This document shows, one piece after another, positions 1 to 13,176 of a stretch of DNA of 64,000 bases. Under the pieces are notes generated by a model that made no database searches, was not told the origin of the DNA, and saw only the letters and a program-made list of their open reading frames with translations. This DNA is from Octopus vulgaris (lineage: Eukaryota): contig OX597834.1 in the NCBI GenBank assembly GCA_951406725.2, forward strand, positions 24,800,001-24,864,000, in the 5' to 3' direction. The first letter of the stretch is position 1; every line of letters begins with the position of its first letter. Made by a program: the position numbers and the translations under genes.

Positions 1-1122
1 ATAGTCTCTTCCCAAATTACCTAAGGGCCGCATTTTGTTAAACCAGGTGATGGTTTAAGTGGGTTTGAACAAGATTTCAACTCAGAACACAAAAATCAAA
101 AACAAAAAAAACCCATAAGGTATTCCCTCCAACACGCTAATGATTCGTACAGTCCACTGTCGGACACTTGTACTTTATTTATTGATCCCCGAAAGATAGA
201 CGGCAACGATTATCTCGGAGGGATTTGTACCTGAAGCGTAAAATGCCGCTATAGATACTGATTTCAAATTTTGACACAAGGCCAGCAATTTCAAGGGAGG
301 TTAAGTCGATTACATCGATCCCAGTGTTCAACTGATACTTATTTTGTTGACCCCGAAAAGATTAAAAGCAAAGTCGACCAGAACATGAAGACAGATGAAA
401 TGTCGCTAAGCTTTTTGCCGTTATTTGTTTCCAAAATGGTACCTAAGTAGAAAAAAATAAAACAGTTTGTCACGTTATATCCGGAAGTAGTTTTCTTAAG
501 GAATTGATATTTGAGATTTAGGTTCTTAATCCCTTCTCATACAGCCGTAAATAATAGCATCAAATCTCTTTAATATAAATCGGTCAATAAGATTTAATTT
601 CGCTCAGATTTAATTTCGTTAATTTCGCTCTTAATCTACATGTAATGATGTTAGCTGTTCTATTTATTTATTTAAAAAAATTTTTTTTAGCATTTGACAC
701 CCAGGTTGAATAGATCTAGAACTTACTGGCGTCCCACTTATGACAATCCTGTATGACCCTATATCTGTGACAACGTTATTGTATATGTCCTTCTGCGATT
801 TAAAGGAATAGGGTAGCTATTTCTAGAAGGCACAGTTACCACCCTGATGTTTTCTCGATAACTTGGATGAACTTGGGTGGGTGTTAAGTTCATCGGGTGG
901 ACTGCATCTAGGGTATGAAGGCAAAAATTCGCTATAACATTTGTCATACAGCTGAATGTATAAATGTGGGGTGTCCCATAAGTTATTTTTTAAAACTTTA
1001 CCTTTTACTTGTTTCAGTCATAACACTGCGGCCATGCTGGGGCCATGCTTAATGTTTTGCTAAAATTGCTGTGTGTGTGTGTGTGTGCGTGCGTATATAT
1101 ATTTATAAATCCTCTGTGTATA

Positions 1123-1526
1123 GGCGCAGGAGTGGCTGTGTGGTACGTAGCTTGCTAACCAACCACATGGTTCCGGGTTCAGTCCCACTGCGTGACATCT
1201 TGGGCAAGTGTCTTCTGCTATAGCCTCGGGCCGACCAATGCCTTGTGAGTGGATTTGGTAGACGGAAACTGAAAGAAGCCTGTTGTATATATGTATATAT
1301 ATATATATATGTATGTGTGTGTTTGTGTGTCTGTGTTTGTCCCCCTAGCATTGCTTGACAACCGATGCTGGTGTGTTTACGTCCCCGTCACTTAACGGTT
1401 CGGCAAAAGAGACCGATAGAATAAGTACTGGGCTTACAAAGAATAAGTCGTGGGGTCGATTTGCTCGACTAAAGGCGGTGCTCCAGCATGGCCGCAGTCA
1501 AAATGACTGAAACGAGTAAAAGAGTA
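1123..1526 (+). mobile_element. tRNA-derived SINE, family B (internal microsatellite, AAAAGAGT-type tail)
   Basis: Head ggcgcaggagtggctgtgtggt (A box), gggttcagtcc (B box); near-identical to the copy at 21964-22423 and related to several others. Confidence 0.85.
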
Positions 1527-3073
1527 TGTGGATCTATGCTGTATCGAAACATGTGTAGTGTTTATTATATAGCTGTCTAACCGTACTCCTTGTAGATTCT
1601 ATTTTATTCAATTTGATATATATATGGTAGTCCGAAAAATTGCATATGCTGCACATCAGCGGTTGTGCAACATATGCAACAAACAGGATGGAACAATTGT
1701 AAAAATAGATACTGGGCAGGAAATGAAACTGCAACGAAAATATCTGAAAAGTAAATAAAAGTAGTCGAAAGAGACAAGACTGTAGCATATTTTTATACGC
1801 AAGTACAAGTGTGTGTATACAGTATATGCGTGTGAAGTTAGAAATAGTGGCTTTTTCTTTTTATGAAAACCTTGAAAACGAAATTGGAAGCAAGATCTTT
1901 GAAGAGGGTTTGGATAGGTATTGAGGGAAGTTGGGTGTTGTAGAATACTTGTAAGGTTCAGAACACCCTGCAACTTACTATACACACACACACCGGCATT
2001 CACTCGCATAACATAGATTGATATAACTCCCCTCTCTGCTCAGTCGCCCATCAAAATAGCTGAAAATACTTCTGTGTTAATCGAAATATAAATATACCCG
2101 TAAATAATATTCAGGAACTGATAGGTGATACATAGCTGTGTGTGTGTGTGTGTGGGGAGTGCGTGTGTGTAAGATAAGTAAATATCCTATCATTGGTAAA
2201 TGTGAGAGCTTGTGAAACAAGATATTTTTATAAGCGTTCGCTAGAATGGTCTGACTGTAGTAGCTGTTATGTTTGTCTTTGATCATATCGGCTTGTGACC
2301 AAAGGCGCTCCAGCCGTGAACATCTCGTCAATAATTGTTTCAGCATTATTTTATTGTATGAATATAAATGTGATTGAGTGATTAACAATTTCGCTTCTCG
2401 ACCTACAAGTTTCGCGTTCGATACCACTGAGCGGTGTCTTTCGTCATAGTCTAGATTCGAACGAAGCTTTTAGAGCGACATTAGGCGGAAAGAATCTGGG
2501 TGGATGTGAGAAAAAGATGGTTGGGAAGAATGAGGCCGGCTTATATTGATTTGGTGATTGATTAGTTAAATAGGAAGACAGATGGAAAAAGATATTGTTT
2601 TGAAGATTGTAGACAGAGAAACGGACCTGTAGATAGACAGACAAAATACATAGATAAATGGGGATTAGATAGATAGATAATAGATAGATAGGTAGATAGA
2701 TAGATAGATAGATAGAAAGAACTTTGGCACAGGACCAGCAGTTTTTTGAGGGGAGGGGCAAGTCGATTACATCGACCCAAGCACTTAACTGGTACTTATT
2801 TTATCAACTCCGAAGTGATGAAAGGCAAAGTGAACCTCAGACAGGTACAAAACGAAAATAGATTGGTGTTATACATGTTTTCTTCCTTCAATTTTCCATA
2901 TCTCTGTATTCCTCCCCCTACTGGGAGTTTTTCATTGTTACAATCTTTCGTTGTTAAACAGTTTTTACTCGGATTTTTTCAAAAACGGACAAAACCCTTT
3001 GTAACCTTTCGTCCTGTTTTGTCCCTTTATGTTTACTAATCATGTGTGTCAGCCCTTGTGGCCAATAAAAAGA

Positions 3074-3126
<53 letters not shown>

Positions 3127-3882
3127 CATTTATTTTCAGATACTGGGTGTTCAGTCAGAATGAGAGAAATGAATAAAATACCTGTGTCCAAGGAATCGGA
3201 ATTCAAATTAACCAGAATCATTGAACGAACGTATTAAATTTCACGGTTCAAGACACGAAGAATAGCAACAACAAAACAACAAAACGAAAATAAGAAAAAA
3301 AATCGACAACGAAAGAAAAACGAAACTGAATTCAGAAAGGACGTAAACGAAAGTACACAGATCAAGATTTCAAATCACACATGAAAAAGAAAAAATACCT
3401 ATATTTATCCCGTGGAGATTAAGGAATTTACGTGATTAAGATGAGCAGCAAACCTGGATAATTTCATTTATAGATCTGTTCTCTATTTGATAGAGATCAG
3501 AGAGTGAGAGAGAGAAAGAGAGAGAGAGAGTGAGAGAGAGAGAGAAGTGTGATTGGGAGTAGGGGTAAAGTGAGTGTGATTATATCTATATATATGTATA
3601 TATATGTACACATACATACATGCAAAGGGAAAGAAGGAGATAAGACGAATTAGTGAGAAAAACAACATAAAACGAGACAGAAGAATTGAGAGTTTCTGTT
3701 TGTGAGAGGAAGGAATTTCAGAGAGAAGAGTAAGGGGAAAAGAATTAAGAAATAAAGAGAAAAATCGTAAGATTGAGAAAGAGTGAAGAGAAAAGAAAAT
3801 AAGGAGAGCAAGGTTCATTACTAAGCAAGGGAGTGAGAGGCCAAGGCATCTCATTTCTCAGGCTCTTCTCCTTTCTTAAAAT

Positions 3883-4150
3883 ATGAATTCCTTGAAAAGA
3901 CCTGTCAGTGATTATGACAAAGAGACTAGTTATGATCTGTTGGATAAACAGGTGTACACGTCATTGACGGCAAACGGATGTTGTCACCATGACGACACTC
4001 CTTTAAAGACTACAACCAGTAAGAAGTGGACACCGTCTTTGTGCGGTTGTTTCCGTAGTAAACCCTTGGCGTCGTCAGACCCCAGATGTAATCACAATGC
4101 GTGGGGTTGTCTTGTGGTTCTAGGAAGTTTCATAACGCATTTAATTATTG
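3883..4150 (+). CDS. SLC16/MCT-like transporter, coding exon 1 (N-tail + TM1)
   Basis: ATG at 3883; MNSLKRP...NAWGCLVVLGSFITHLIIG; donor G|gtaagt at 4150/4151. A possible acceptor (catttctcag, ending 3861) suggests an upstream non-coding exon. Confidence 0.85.
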
Positions 4151-4269
4151 GTAAGTTGTACCTTAATCTATTTTTCTGTTGTTTTTAATGTTGTTCATAA
4201 TGGCGACATCACATTCATCATCGTTGTCGTCTTCATCATCATCATCATTGTCATCATATGTATACTACC

Positions 4270-5060
4270 TATTTCTTTACTACCCACAAGGGGCTAAACA
4301 CAGAGGGAACAAACAAGGACAGACAAACGGATTAAGTCGATTACATCGACCCCCAGTGCGTAACTGGTACTTATTTAATCGACCCCGAAAGGATGAAAGG
4401 CAAAGTCAACCTCGGCGGAATTTGAACTCAGAACGTAGCGACAGATGAAATACCTATTTCTTTACTACCCACAAGGGGCTAAACACAGAGGGAACAAACA
4501 AGGACAGACAAACGGATTAAGTCGATTACATCGACCCCCAGTGCGTAACTGGTACTTATTTAATCGACCCCGAAAGGATGAAAGGCAAAGTAACCTCGGC
4601 GGAATTTGAACTCAGAACGTAGCGACAGATGAAATACCTATTTCTTTACTACCCACAAGGGCTAAACACAGAGGGAACAAACAAGGACAGACAAACGGAT
4701 TAAGTCGATTACATCGACCCCCAGTGCGTAACTGGTACTTATTTAATCGACCCCGAAAGGATGAAAGGCAAAGTCAACCTCGGCGGAATTTGAACTCAGA
4801 ACGTAGCGACAGATGAAATACCTATTTCTTTACTACCCACAAGGGGCTAAACACAGAGGGAACAAACAAGGACCACAGACAAACGGATTAAGTCGATTAC
4901 ATCGACCCCAGTGCGTAACTGGTACTTATTTAATCGACCCCGAAAGGATGAAAGGCAAAGTCGACCTCGGCGGAATTTAAACTCAGAACGTAACGGCAGA
5001 CGAAATACTGCTAAGCATTTCGCCCGGCGTGCTAACGTTTCTGCCAGCTCGCCGTCTTTA
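4270..5060 (-). mobile_element. tRNA-derived SINE family A: one head plus four tandem ~184-185 bp body/tail units, 15-bp TSD
   Basis: Units start at 4266, 4451, 4635 and 4819; head at ~5005-5057; TSD catatgtatactacc at 4255-4269 and 5061-5075. The core gcctttcatcctttcggggtcgataaataagtacc resembles the conserved Meta-type SINE central domain (from memory). Confidence 0.9.
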
Positions 5061-5132
5061 CATATGTATACTACCGTCTGATCCTTTTCTGTTGTAAGTG
5101 GCAAGCATTCAAAATATACACACGCTCAGTTA

Positions 5133-5355
5133 CGAGGGTGAACTGAAAAGTTCCTGGTTTTGGGTTAAAGAACATACAAGAGGATCAGTTAATTATGATT
5201 TTATTCAACATATTCCCCCGCCCTCCGCAGATTCATACACTTATTGCATCGGTCCTTCAGCTTTGCTAATCCCTGTAAAAGAACTCGGAAGGTCGGGCTT
5301 CCAATCAGGCCTTTCGTGACACCCTTAAAGCCAGGAACTTTTCAGCACCACCTCG
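5133..5355. mobile_element. mariner-type MITE
   Basis: TIRs cgagggtgaactgaaaagttcctgg / ccaggaacttttcagcaccacctcg, flanked by TA at 5131-5132 and 5356-5357. Confidence 0.8.
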
Positions 5356-5483
5356 TATATATCTGCGCGCGTAAGGGGGAAAAAGATGAGAGGTATAAAG
5401 GTCTACACGATTTTTTTATTTGAGCTGGAGTTCTTTTTCCTAACCATCTTCCTGTGAATTTGTCATCCGCTAGAAAATACATA

Positions 5484-5624
5484 TTAGGTTGTCCCAAAAG
5501 TTCGTAAACACTTGCGAAAATTGAATTTTTACTCGCCAAGTACTAACAAAAACAACAAAAATTATTCCTCAAAATAAAGACCATTATTTTCCAAGACTTT
5601 CTACGAACTTTTGGGACAACCTTA
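5484..5624. mobile_element. mariner-type MITE
   Basis: TIRs ttaggttgtcccaaaagttcgta / tacgaacttttgggacaacctta, flanked by TA dinucleotides. Confidence 0.8.
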
Positions 5625-6197
5625 TATTTGTATCTATCTGTCTGTTTGGAGAGAGACAAACAGACCGAACGTTCTATTTTGTTTGCGCCTATCTACAGTC
5701 TCTTTTCACACTTCTCTTTCTCTCTCTCTCTCCTTCTCTCCACATGTGGGTTTTTAGGTGGGGGTAGGTATACCCTCCGCTAGTCCTCACTGATCATGTC
5801 CACACTAATATGCGCAGCTCTGAGTAAGTTTTTTCTATATATGATGGACAGTTGCCTGCCTACACTAGTCCTTCCTCCCTCACCCCACCATTGTTGTCCA
5901 AGGAAAGGGGCTTCACTCCAGGACCAATACAGTTTGTCATTAGTATCATCACTGTCCGAACGAAAAGATTTGGCAAACCATCCAGTCCAGCGCTTCAGTA
6001 ATTCTACCATGCAATTAATGATCGTGAGTGGATGAAACGCAAAATGGATCACGACTGAGTTTGAACTCATACCGTTGAGCAATGTAGTCAACACTATAAC
6101 GACTCTGCTTACTCATCGCCTTAATAACACACACACACACGCACACACACACAGATAGATAGAGCACATACACACACATACGCAGAAAACTTTGTGA

Positions 6198-6243
<46 letters not shown>

Positions 6244-6964
6244 CACAAAATGGGACAAGAACGCAAAACATCCGGACAGTTAGGTGATATATATATATAT
6301 ATATATAATTATAATTAGGGTTCAGCTAACTGCTTCACCACATACCGAAATTAGAAAAAGGAGTTAAAAATTCCTTTTCTACTACTATAAAAATCTCCAT
6401 GACGGTAAACATACATTTTTACGAAGGCAGAGAGAAAGAGGGATAGAGAGATGTATATGTATAATTGTATACATATATATGATGTATCTGTGTGTGTACA
6501 CATACACACACAATTTACTTTATACTAATGGAATTTAAAGTGAGATATTACAAGATGATCTGCACACACATTTTTCTGTGTCATCCCTGTCTGTCTGTCT
6601 GTCTGTCTGTCTCACTCTCTATGTCTTTATCTTTCTATTCAGTAACACCTCACACATCATTCTCCCCCTGATTGTTGAAATATGATTCTGTCTGACAAAA
6701 TAATTGTATGTTTTTCACCCTAAAATGGTTGCTATCTGACGAAACTACAATTTCAACTTAATTGGTCATGCATAAATGCACTCACTGGGCCAACAGAAAA
6801 TAGTATCAATCTACTGTTCCCAATTAGAATAAGATATGTTTCTAGCAAACGTCACTTATGGTTGGAGCCGTCAGAAATCCAAAATGTCCTTAGTGTGCGC
6901 AGCGAGACGAAACATTACAAGCGTGCTCTTGTCCATTGATCGTTCATTGTTGATTTTTAGGTTA

Positions 6965-7310
6965 ATGTCGAAGTGACGGTACCGCGTGCGGAATAGCTCT
7001 GTTTATCTGCAGATTATGTCGAGGAGGTTGACCTACAGCTTTCCTTTGGCGACGAAAAGCATGTTTTCCTTCTCTGTACGGCCATGACGAAAAAAAATTT
7101 TTTGTCACATACGGTCGAAATATTTGAGGGTGAAGTTTTTCCCTATTAATCAGACAGACTCTCATTAGCTTCTTCGGGTGCCACTTGAAGAAGACAGTGA
7201 GGGTGAAATGAAAGGTGGGAGTGGCGAAATTGGCGCGGCTGAACGGGACTAAGCTGACTATACGGCTGAGGGTGACAGAGAGAACCGAGAAGAAGGCACA
7301 TGAGGGCAAA
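6965..7310 (+). mobile_element. Degenerate LINE ORF2 C-terminal / 3' end remnant (Tx1/L1-like)
   Basis: Fragment QTLISFFGCHLKKTVRV, homologous to the minus-strand RLINFFTYHYERKVFRI near 46210-46260. The clade assignment is from memory. Confidence 0.45.
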
Positions 7311-7357
7311 CCAAGTTTGTGTTGTGTATGTGTGTGGTAATTAGAACCAGTCTAATA

Positions 7358-7408
<51 letters not shown>

Positions 7409-7636
7409 GGCGGCGAGCTGGGGGAATCGTTAACACGCCGGGCGAAATTCTTAGTGGCATTTCGTCCGTTCTTATGTTCTGAGTTCAAATTCCGCTGAGG
7501 TCGACCTTCTCTTTCATCCTTTCGGGGGTTGATATATTAAGTACTAGTGAAACACTGGGATTGGTGTAACCGACTAGTCCCCTCCTCCAAAATTTCAATT
7601 GTCTTGTGCCTATAGTAGAAAGGATTATTATTATTA
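7409..7636 (+). mobile_element. SINE family A (tail type B) next to (TTA)n
   Basis: ggcggcgagctgg head, gagttcaaattcc B box, ctttcatcctttcgggg core, ttgtgcctatagtagaaaggatta tail. Confidence 0.8.
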
Positions 7637-8629
7637 TTAATATTAGTAGTAATGATAGTATGTATGTATGTATTTATACACACACACACACACACGTGCG
7701 CACGTACATACACACATATGTACTGAATTCGAATTGGTCGAGTCGCTTGAGGGTCGGATAGAATTCCTTGTGATATTTGCTCTGGCTCTGAGTTCAACTC
7801 CCCACAAGCTCAACTTTTCCTTTTATCCTTTGGGGTGTCGAAAAGGTACAAGTACTATCAAGAGTTTTCCTCCTCCTCCTACCCTCTATTCTGAGCTGTG
7901 AAAGTTTGCACATTTTCTTTTCTTTTTACTAGAAAATATACTCCAAGAGAAAAATCGTAGAAACGAGCGAGGTCCAGAATGATCTTTTCTGTTTGTATTT
8001 CTGCTTTGTCCAGGCCTCGCTGTTAGAAAACAGAAGGGAGTCTAATGCAAGCTTTGAAACATAAACATTTTCTTTCAGTGAATAACAACAAATAAATCTA
8101 GTTTGTGCTCCACTGACCATGCTAATTGGGTATCTTTGATTAAAGCATGTCTGCTGATTTTTGCTTCGTCACCATCACCATAACTAAATTATGAAATGTT
8201 TGACATCAATTTGAGCTACTCAGCCGAAATCTGTAGGGTGTATGATTACAGTTCCAGGTCACAACCAACACACGCATACACATATACACACGCACATACG
8301 GTAGACTCTGTATCCTACATAGATGTATTATGAGAGCGTCGCAATACTTCGGAATTCGTCTTGAGAGAGTCTCTCGAATAGACATCTAGAGCATCAGAGC
8401 ACAGATATATCGGCAGCAGACGAGAAATACCAAGCATTTGTAGTGGAACTGCTGTGTCGAGTCATTTCGGCGTGTTTTAGTGCCTCACCAACAGTTGGCA
8501 TCCACTGACAGCATGCTGGTCAAAACTCGCTTCAGGACTGAATTTAACAAAAAAGTATTGTCTGGTCATAAAAAAGACATGCTACTTTCTTGGAGTAAAC
8601 AAACAATTTGGCTTATATCTTTTCTCTTT

Positions 8630-9025
8630 TACTTATCTGAATCATTGGGTTGCAACCATGTTTGGACACCACATTGAAGGGTTTTAGTCAAACAAATCGA
8701 CCCCAGTGCTTGTTTTAAAAGTCTGTTACGTATCATATCGGCTTTTCTTTTGGCGAACTCTTAATTTACGGAGACGTAAACAATTCAACACCGGTTGTCA
8801 AGCGGTGTTAGGGGCATGACAAACACAGACGCACACATAAAAAAAACACACAAATACACTTACACGACGGACTTCCAAACAGCTTCCATCTTCCAAATTC
8901 ACTGACAAGACATTCATCAGCCTGGGGCTATAGGTAAAAGACAGTTAACCAAGGTGCTGCGCATAGAACGCGAAACCACATGGTTGCAAAAGTGAGCTTC
9001 TTAATCACATAATCATGCCTGCGTC
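8630..9025 (-). mobile_element. Old SINE family B copy
   Basis: Diverged match to 1123-1526 (caaatcgaccccag, gacgtaaac, ccggttgtcaagc, accacatggttgc). Confidence 0.6.
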
Positions 9026-9527
9026 TGCATATAAACTTTTCTGAATTTCTTAAAATTTTGCAAGACATTAAAATCTGCAAAACTAATGAATTAGGAAATA
9101 CCGAAACTTTAAAAATTTTAATCAGCTTACGTACGTTTCTATAAACAATACATAATGCATAGACACTCACACACACACACACACTCGCACGCACACACGC
9201 ACACACACACTCTCTCTCACGCACACACGCACTCTCACGCACACACACACACACACACTCTCTTACGCACACACACACAGAAATTACTCTGAGAACTTTA
9301 TCATGGATAAAAGAAAGTATTTACAATTTTATCAAAATATGCGTATCTTGTTATAAATGTAAATATTTTCTTACTTTCATCCAAGATAAATTTCTCAAAG
9401 TAATTTTACTCTTTTTGTTTGTCTTTAATATATACTTACTCGTGTGAAACCTGTTACACTTTATATAAATAGTTTACCCTCTTCGGCGTTTACAAAATAT
9501 TCTCTCTCTCTCTCTCTCACACACTTA

Positions 9528-9561
<34 letters not shown>

Positions 9562-9623
9562 CGAACGGGAACGTGAAACTCCAAGTAACAGCTTTTGTTT
9601 TAATTCTGCTACTTTTAAATAAA

Positions 9624-9656
<33 letters not shown>

Positions 9657-10068
9657 TATATATACACACGCATATATAAACACACGTGCACAAACGTACT
9701 TACTGGCGTACCCGGCAATTCGATCGAAGATGTCCATTTCTATTAAAATTAATTCACCATTAACCATGCAATTTTCGAAAAACTCATTGAAATGTTCCAT
9801 AGTAATTATCAATTAGATGAAGTAGTGATGGTGAGAGGTGGGGTTTGGCTCTAAACCCCTCCTTCCCGGTTACCGGTTACATATTTGTAATGGTGGCTGG
9901 AGTCATTCATTTGCGGTGGTTTCACTTGAAAGTATTCCGGAATTCAGAGACAGATGCTTTTAACAGATTCTTCACTGCCGTCGTTGAAGGAGCAAAGGAA
10001 AAGTCTTCCATTCACGTAGTCATCTGTGAATATATACTGGAGTATTGGAACATGGCTGCGGTGGTGGT

Positions 10069-10110
<42 letters not shown>

Positions 10111-10112
10111 CA

Positions 10113-10141
<29 letters not shown>

Positions 10142-10146
<5 letters not shown>

Positions 10147-10596
10147 AGGAAAAAATCTGAAAATGCGGGGGTCTTTTAAAAGTATTTATTAACTTAACCG
10201 GTTTCGCTTATTTAAGAAGATATTCAAAAGTAAAGCGTGAGATTTTGTGTATCCTTCGTGGTGTCAAAAATTAGTTTACAAAAATGTATTCAAATCAAGT
10301 GATAGAGTCTTTGACAATGTTAAGAAAAGGTTTGAGGCTATCTTTTGACTCATCACAGAATACACAAAGTCTCAAACCTTTCATCATTGTCAAAGACTTT
10401 ATCACTTGATTTGAATACATTTTTGTAAACTAATTTTTGACACCACAAAGGATACACAAAATCTCACGCTTTAATTTTGAATATCTTCTTAAATAAGCGA
10501 AACCGGTTAAGTTAATAAATACTTTTAAAAGACCCCGCATTTTCAGATTCTTTTCCTTATATTTTTACTCGTGCGGTAACACCCAAATTTACTTTG

Positions 10597-10598
<2 letters not shown>
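10142..10598. repeat. Fold-back element (~180-bp inverted arms) between (TACA)n and (TA)n; probably Penelope-derived
   Basis: 10142-10320 is the near-perfect reverse complement of 10386-10562; an extra unpaired tail runs to 10598. Confidence 0.8.
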
Positions 10599-10634
<36 letters not shown>

Positions 10635-11374
10635 CAAAGCATAAATAATGGTCATATATTTTTTATTGTAGTAAATAAATAAAAATATGTAATGACCATT
10701 ATTCATGTCCTGCCTTGTATGCTACCCTGTGTTAAAACCAGTATAACTGGGAATACGACCTTGACTTTACAATAGAGAACAGCAATGAACTATAACCTCG
10801 GATCCTGCCACAATAATACGCGGAGTTCTTCACTAATCTAAACAAATATTTTTAGCCTGTTGTACTAACAGAATGCTTATAAAGTATTTTGTCCGGATTG
10901 ATAATCTCTCACTAATAATTCTCGCTCTCTCGCTCTCTCTTGAAAATGTCAGCGTGGGATCGAGTGAATGAATGTTCATAAAAGACGCTTCACTCAGAAG
11001 GATGTTTACTGAATTAAATAAGTACTGAAGGAACAAACGACCCAAATGGAAAAACAAAGTAAAAAAAAAGGAGATAGAAAATATAAATATACGTAAAACG
11101 AAGGAATAGTTTGTGAAAAAAGGAAAACAATAAAACAGCAGACGGGAACAATAGGGAACAATAGCATGTCGGCTGCATTATATAATAACAGTATAATGAA
11201 AGCCAGTTGAGTAAAGATACAAGACAAGACTATTGTCTTGTCTTGTCTACAAAAATACATTATACGAAAATAAAATGAATGAGAAATTTTCGGCTCACTG
11301 GCGGGATTTTATTTCAGTCAAATAAATACACAATTGCTGGGTGATTAACCTATAATTTTAGAGTTTTTATAAGG

Positions 11375-11761
11375 TCGTGTGGGACAGAGAAAAAAGAGTG
11401 ATAGAAGATTAATTATGTAGGTAGGTCGTTAGGTAGGTAGCCAGTCACATAGATTAATAGAAAGGTACATAGACAGGCACTCAGTTATAGATAACTAGAT
11501 AGGGATACATACACATAGTCAGACGAATAGAAAGACAGTTAGCTAGCTAGCTAACTATCTGTCTTTCTGCGGTTAGCTAGCTAGCTAACTATATGTCTTT
11601 CTGCGGTTAGCTTTCTATCGGTCTGACTATGCGTATGTACACATATCTTGTTATCTATATCTGAGTGCCTGTCTATGTACCTTTCTATTAATCTATGTGA
11701 CTGGCTACCTACCTAACTACCTACTTAATCTTCTATCACTTTTTTTCTCTGTCCCACACGA
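11375..11761. repeat. Inverted duplication centred on palindromic (AGCT)n
   Basis: tcgtgtgggacagag... / ...ctctgtcccacacga arms with a duplicated gttagctagctagctaactat core. Confidence 0.8.
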
Positions 11762-11775
11762 TCTAATAAATACTT

Positions 11776-11816
<41 letters not shown>

Positions 11817-12179
11817 GCGGACGTTGCTTGTGTTTTAGAAAGAAAGAACAGGAGAGAGAGGGAGAGAGACACAGATAGAGAGACAATTAACTTAAGATGA
11901 ATGAAACGTTAGTTTTGGTTTTCTTTCGCAAAGTAAGACAAATAAAGAAGGATCTAATGAAATAATATGTATGAAAGAACGAGGAAAATAATAAAAGAGA
12001 TTGGAGGAGGAGGAGAAAAGGGAGAAGTTTAAACAACAGAAAAGAATATAATGGAAGGAGAAAGAAAATGTTGTGCGGAAAAGAGAAAGACGAAAAGCAA
12101 TGACCGAAATATAAAGAATAAGGAGGAAAGCAGAAAAGTGTTAGGTAAAGAGAAAGATAGATTGCTATAAAGGTAGATA

Positions 12180-12201
12180 AAGATAGATAGATAGATAGAT
12201 G

Positions 12202-12234
<33 letters not shown>

Positions 12235-12261
12235 GGAGATGGATAGATAGATAGGGAGATG

Positions 12262-12306
<45 letters not shown>

Positions 12307-12333
12307 GGAGATATATAGATAGGGAGATGGATG

Positions 12334-12366
<33 letters not shown>

Positions 12367-12417
12367 GGAGATAGATAGGGAGATGGATAGATAGATAGAT
12401 AGATAGATAGGGAGATG

Positions 12418-12450
<33 letters not shown>
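12180..12450. repeat. (GATA)n compound microsatellite
   Basis: Seen directly; source of spurious ORF 12029-12640. Confidence 0.95.
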
Positions 12451-12838
12451 GGAGACGGATAGAGAGACAGGCAGATATAGACGGATAGGCAGACGGAGAA
12501 TGAAAGAGATGGGGGAGGACTGGAGTAAAGAAATGAAGGAAGTTTAAATCAAAACTCAACACATGTTTTGGTAAGAGTGGGAAGGGCCGGAGGTTTTTTA
12601 AGATGGCACAAAACTGGTTGGGCTGCAGATGAAGGAACAACGCCCATGATTAATGAGAGAGCGGACTGTTGGAAAGATTACGTTTATATGGGTCTTAATT
12701 ATAGGTCTTAAATAAAAGTAATAAGTAGATAAATCAATGAATAAATTAGGTTCCACCCTTGTGTCGCAAGGAGCACAAGCAATAACGCTAGGCTTCAAAT
12801 AGGGGAGATTACACGCAGAGAAATATGCACATGCATGT

Positions 12839-12919
<81 letters not shown>

Positions 12920-13140
12920 TGTATGTATGTATGTGCACACATATGTTCACGTGTGATTTTATTTGTGTGTAAAATCCCGTGTGTGTGTTTGCACATGCGT
13001 ATTTTACAAAGTAGGATCATCAAATTCTGGTCGCAATAAAGTAAGTGTGGGGATACAAGTGGGTGGACAGTTGGATGAGAATGTAAAGAGATAGGAATAG
13101 AAAATATATTGAGAAAATGTGGGATAAATTATTAAGTATG

Positions 13141-13176
<36 letters not shown>

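Noticed and set aside
4266-5005. Regular repeat array resembling CRISPR
   Set aside because: Units are ~185 bp, contiguous with no unique spacers, and match a dispersed SINE; eukaryotic context with no cas genes.
12029-12640. 203-aa ORF rich in YLSI/YPSI
   Set aside because: Translation of the (GATA)n microsatellite.
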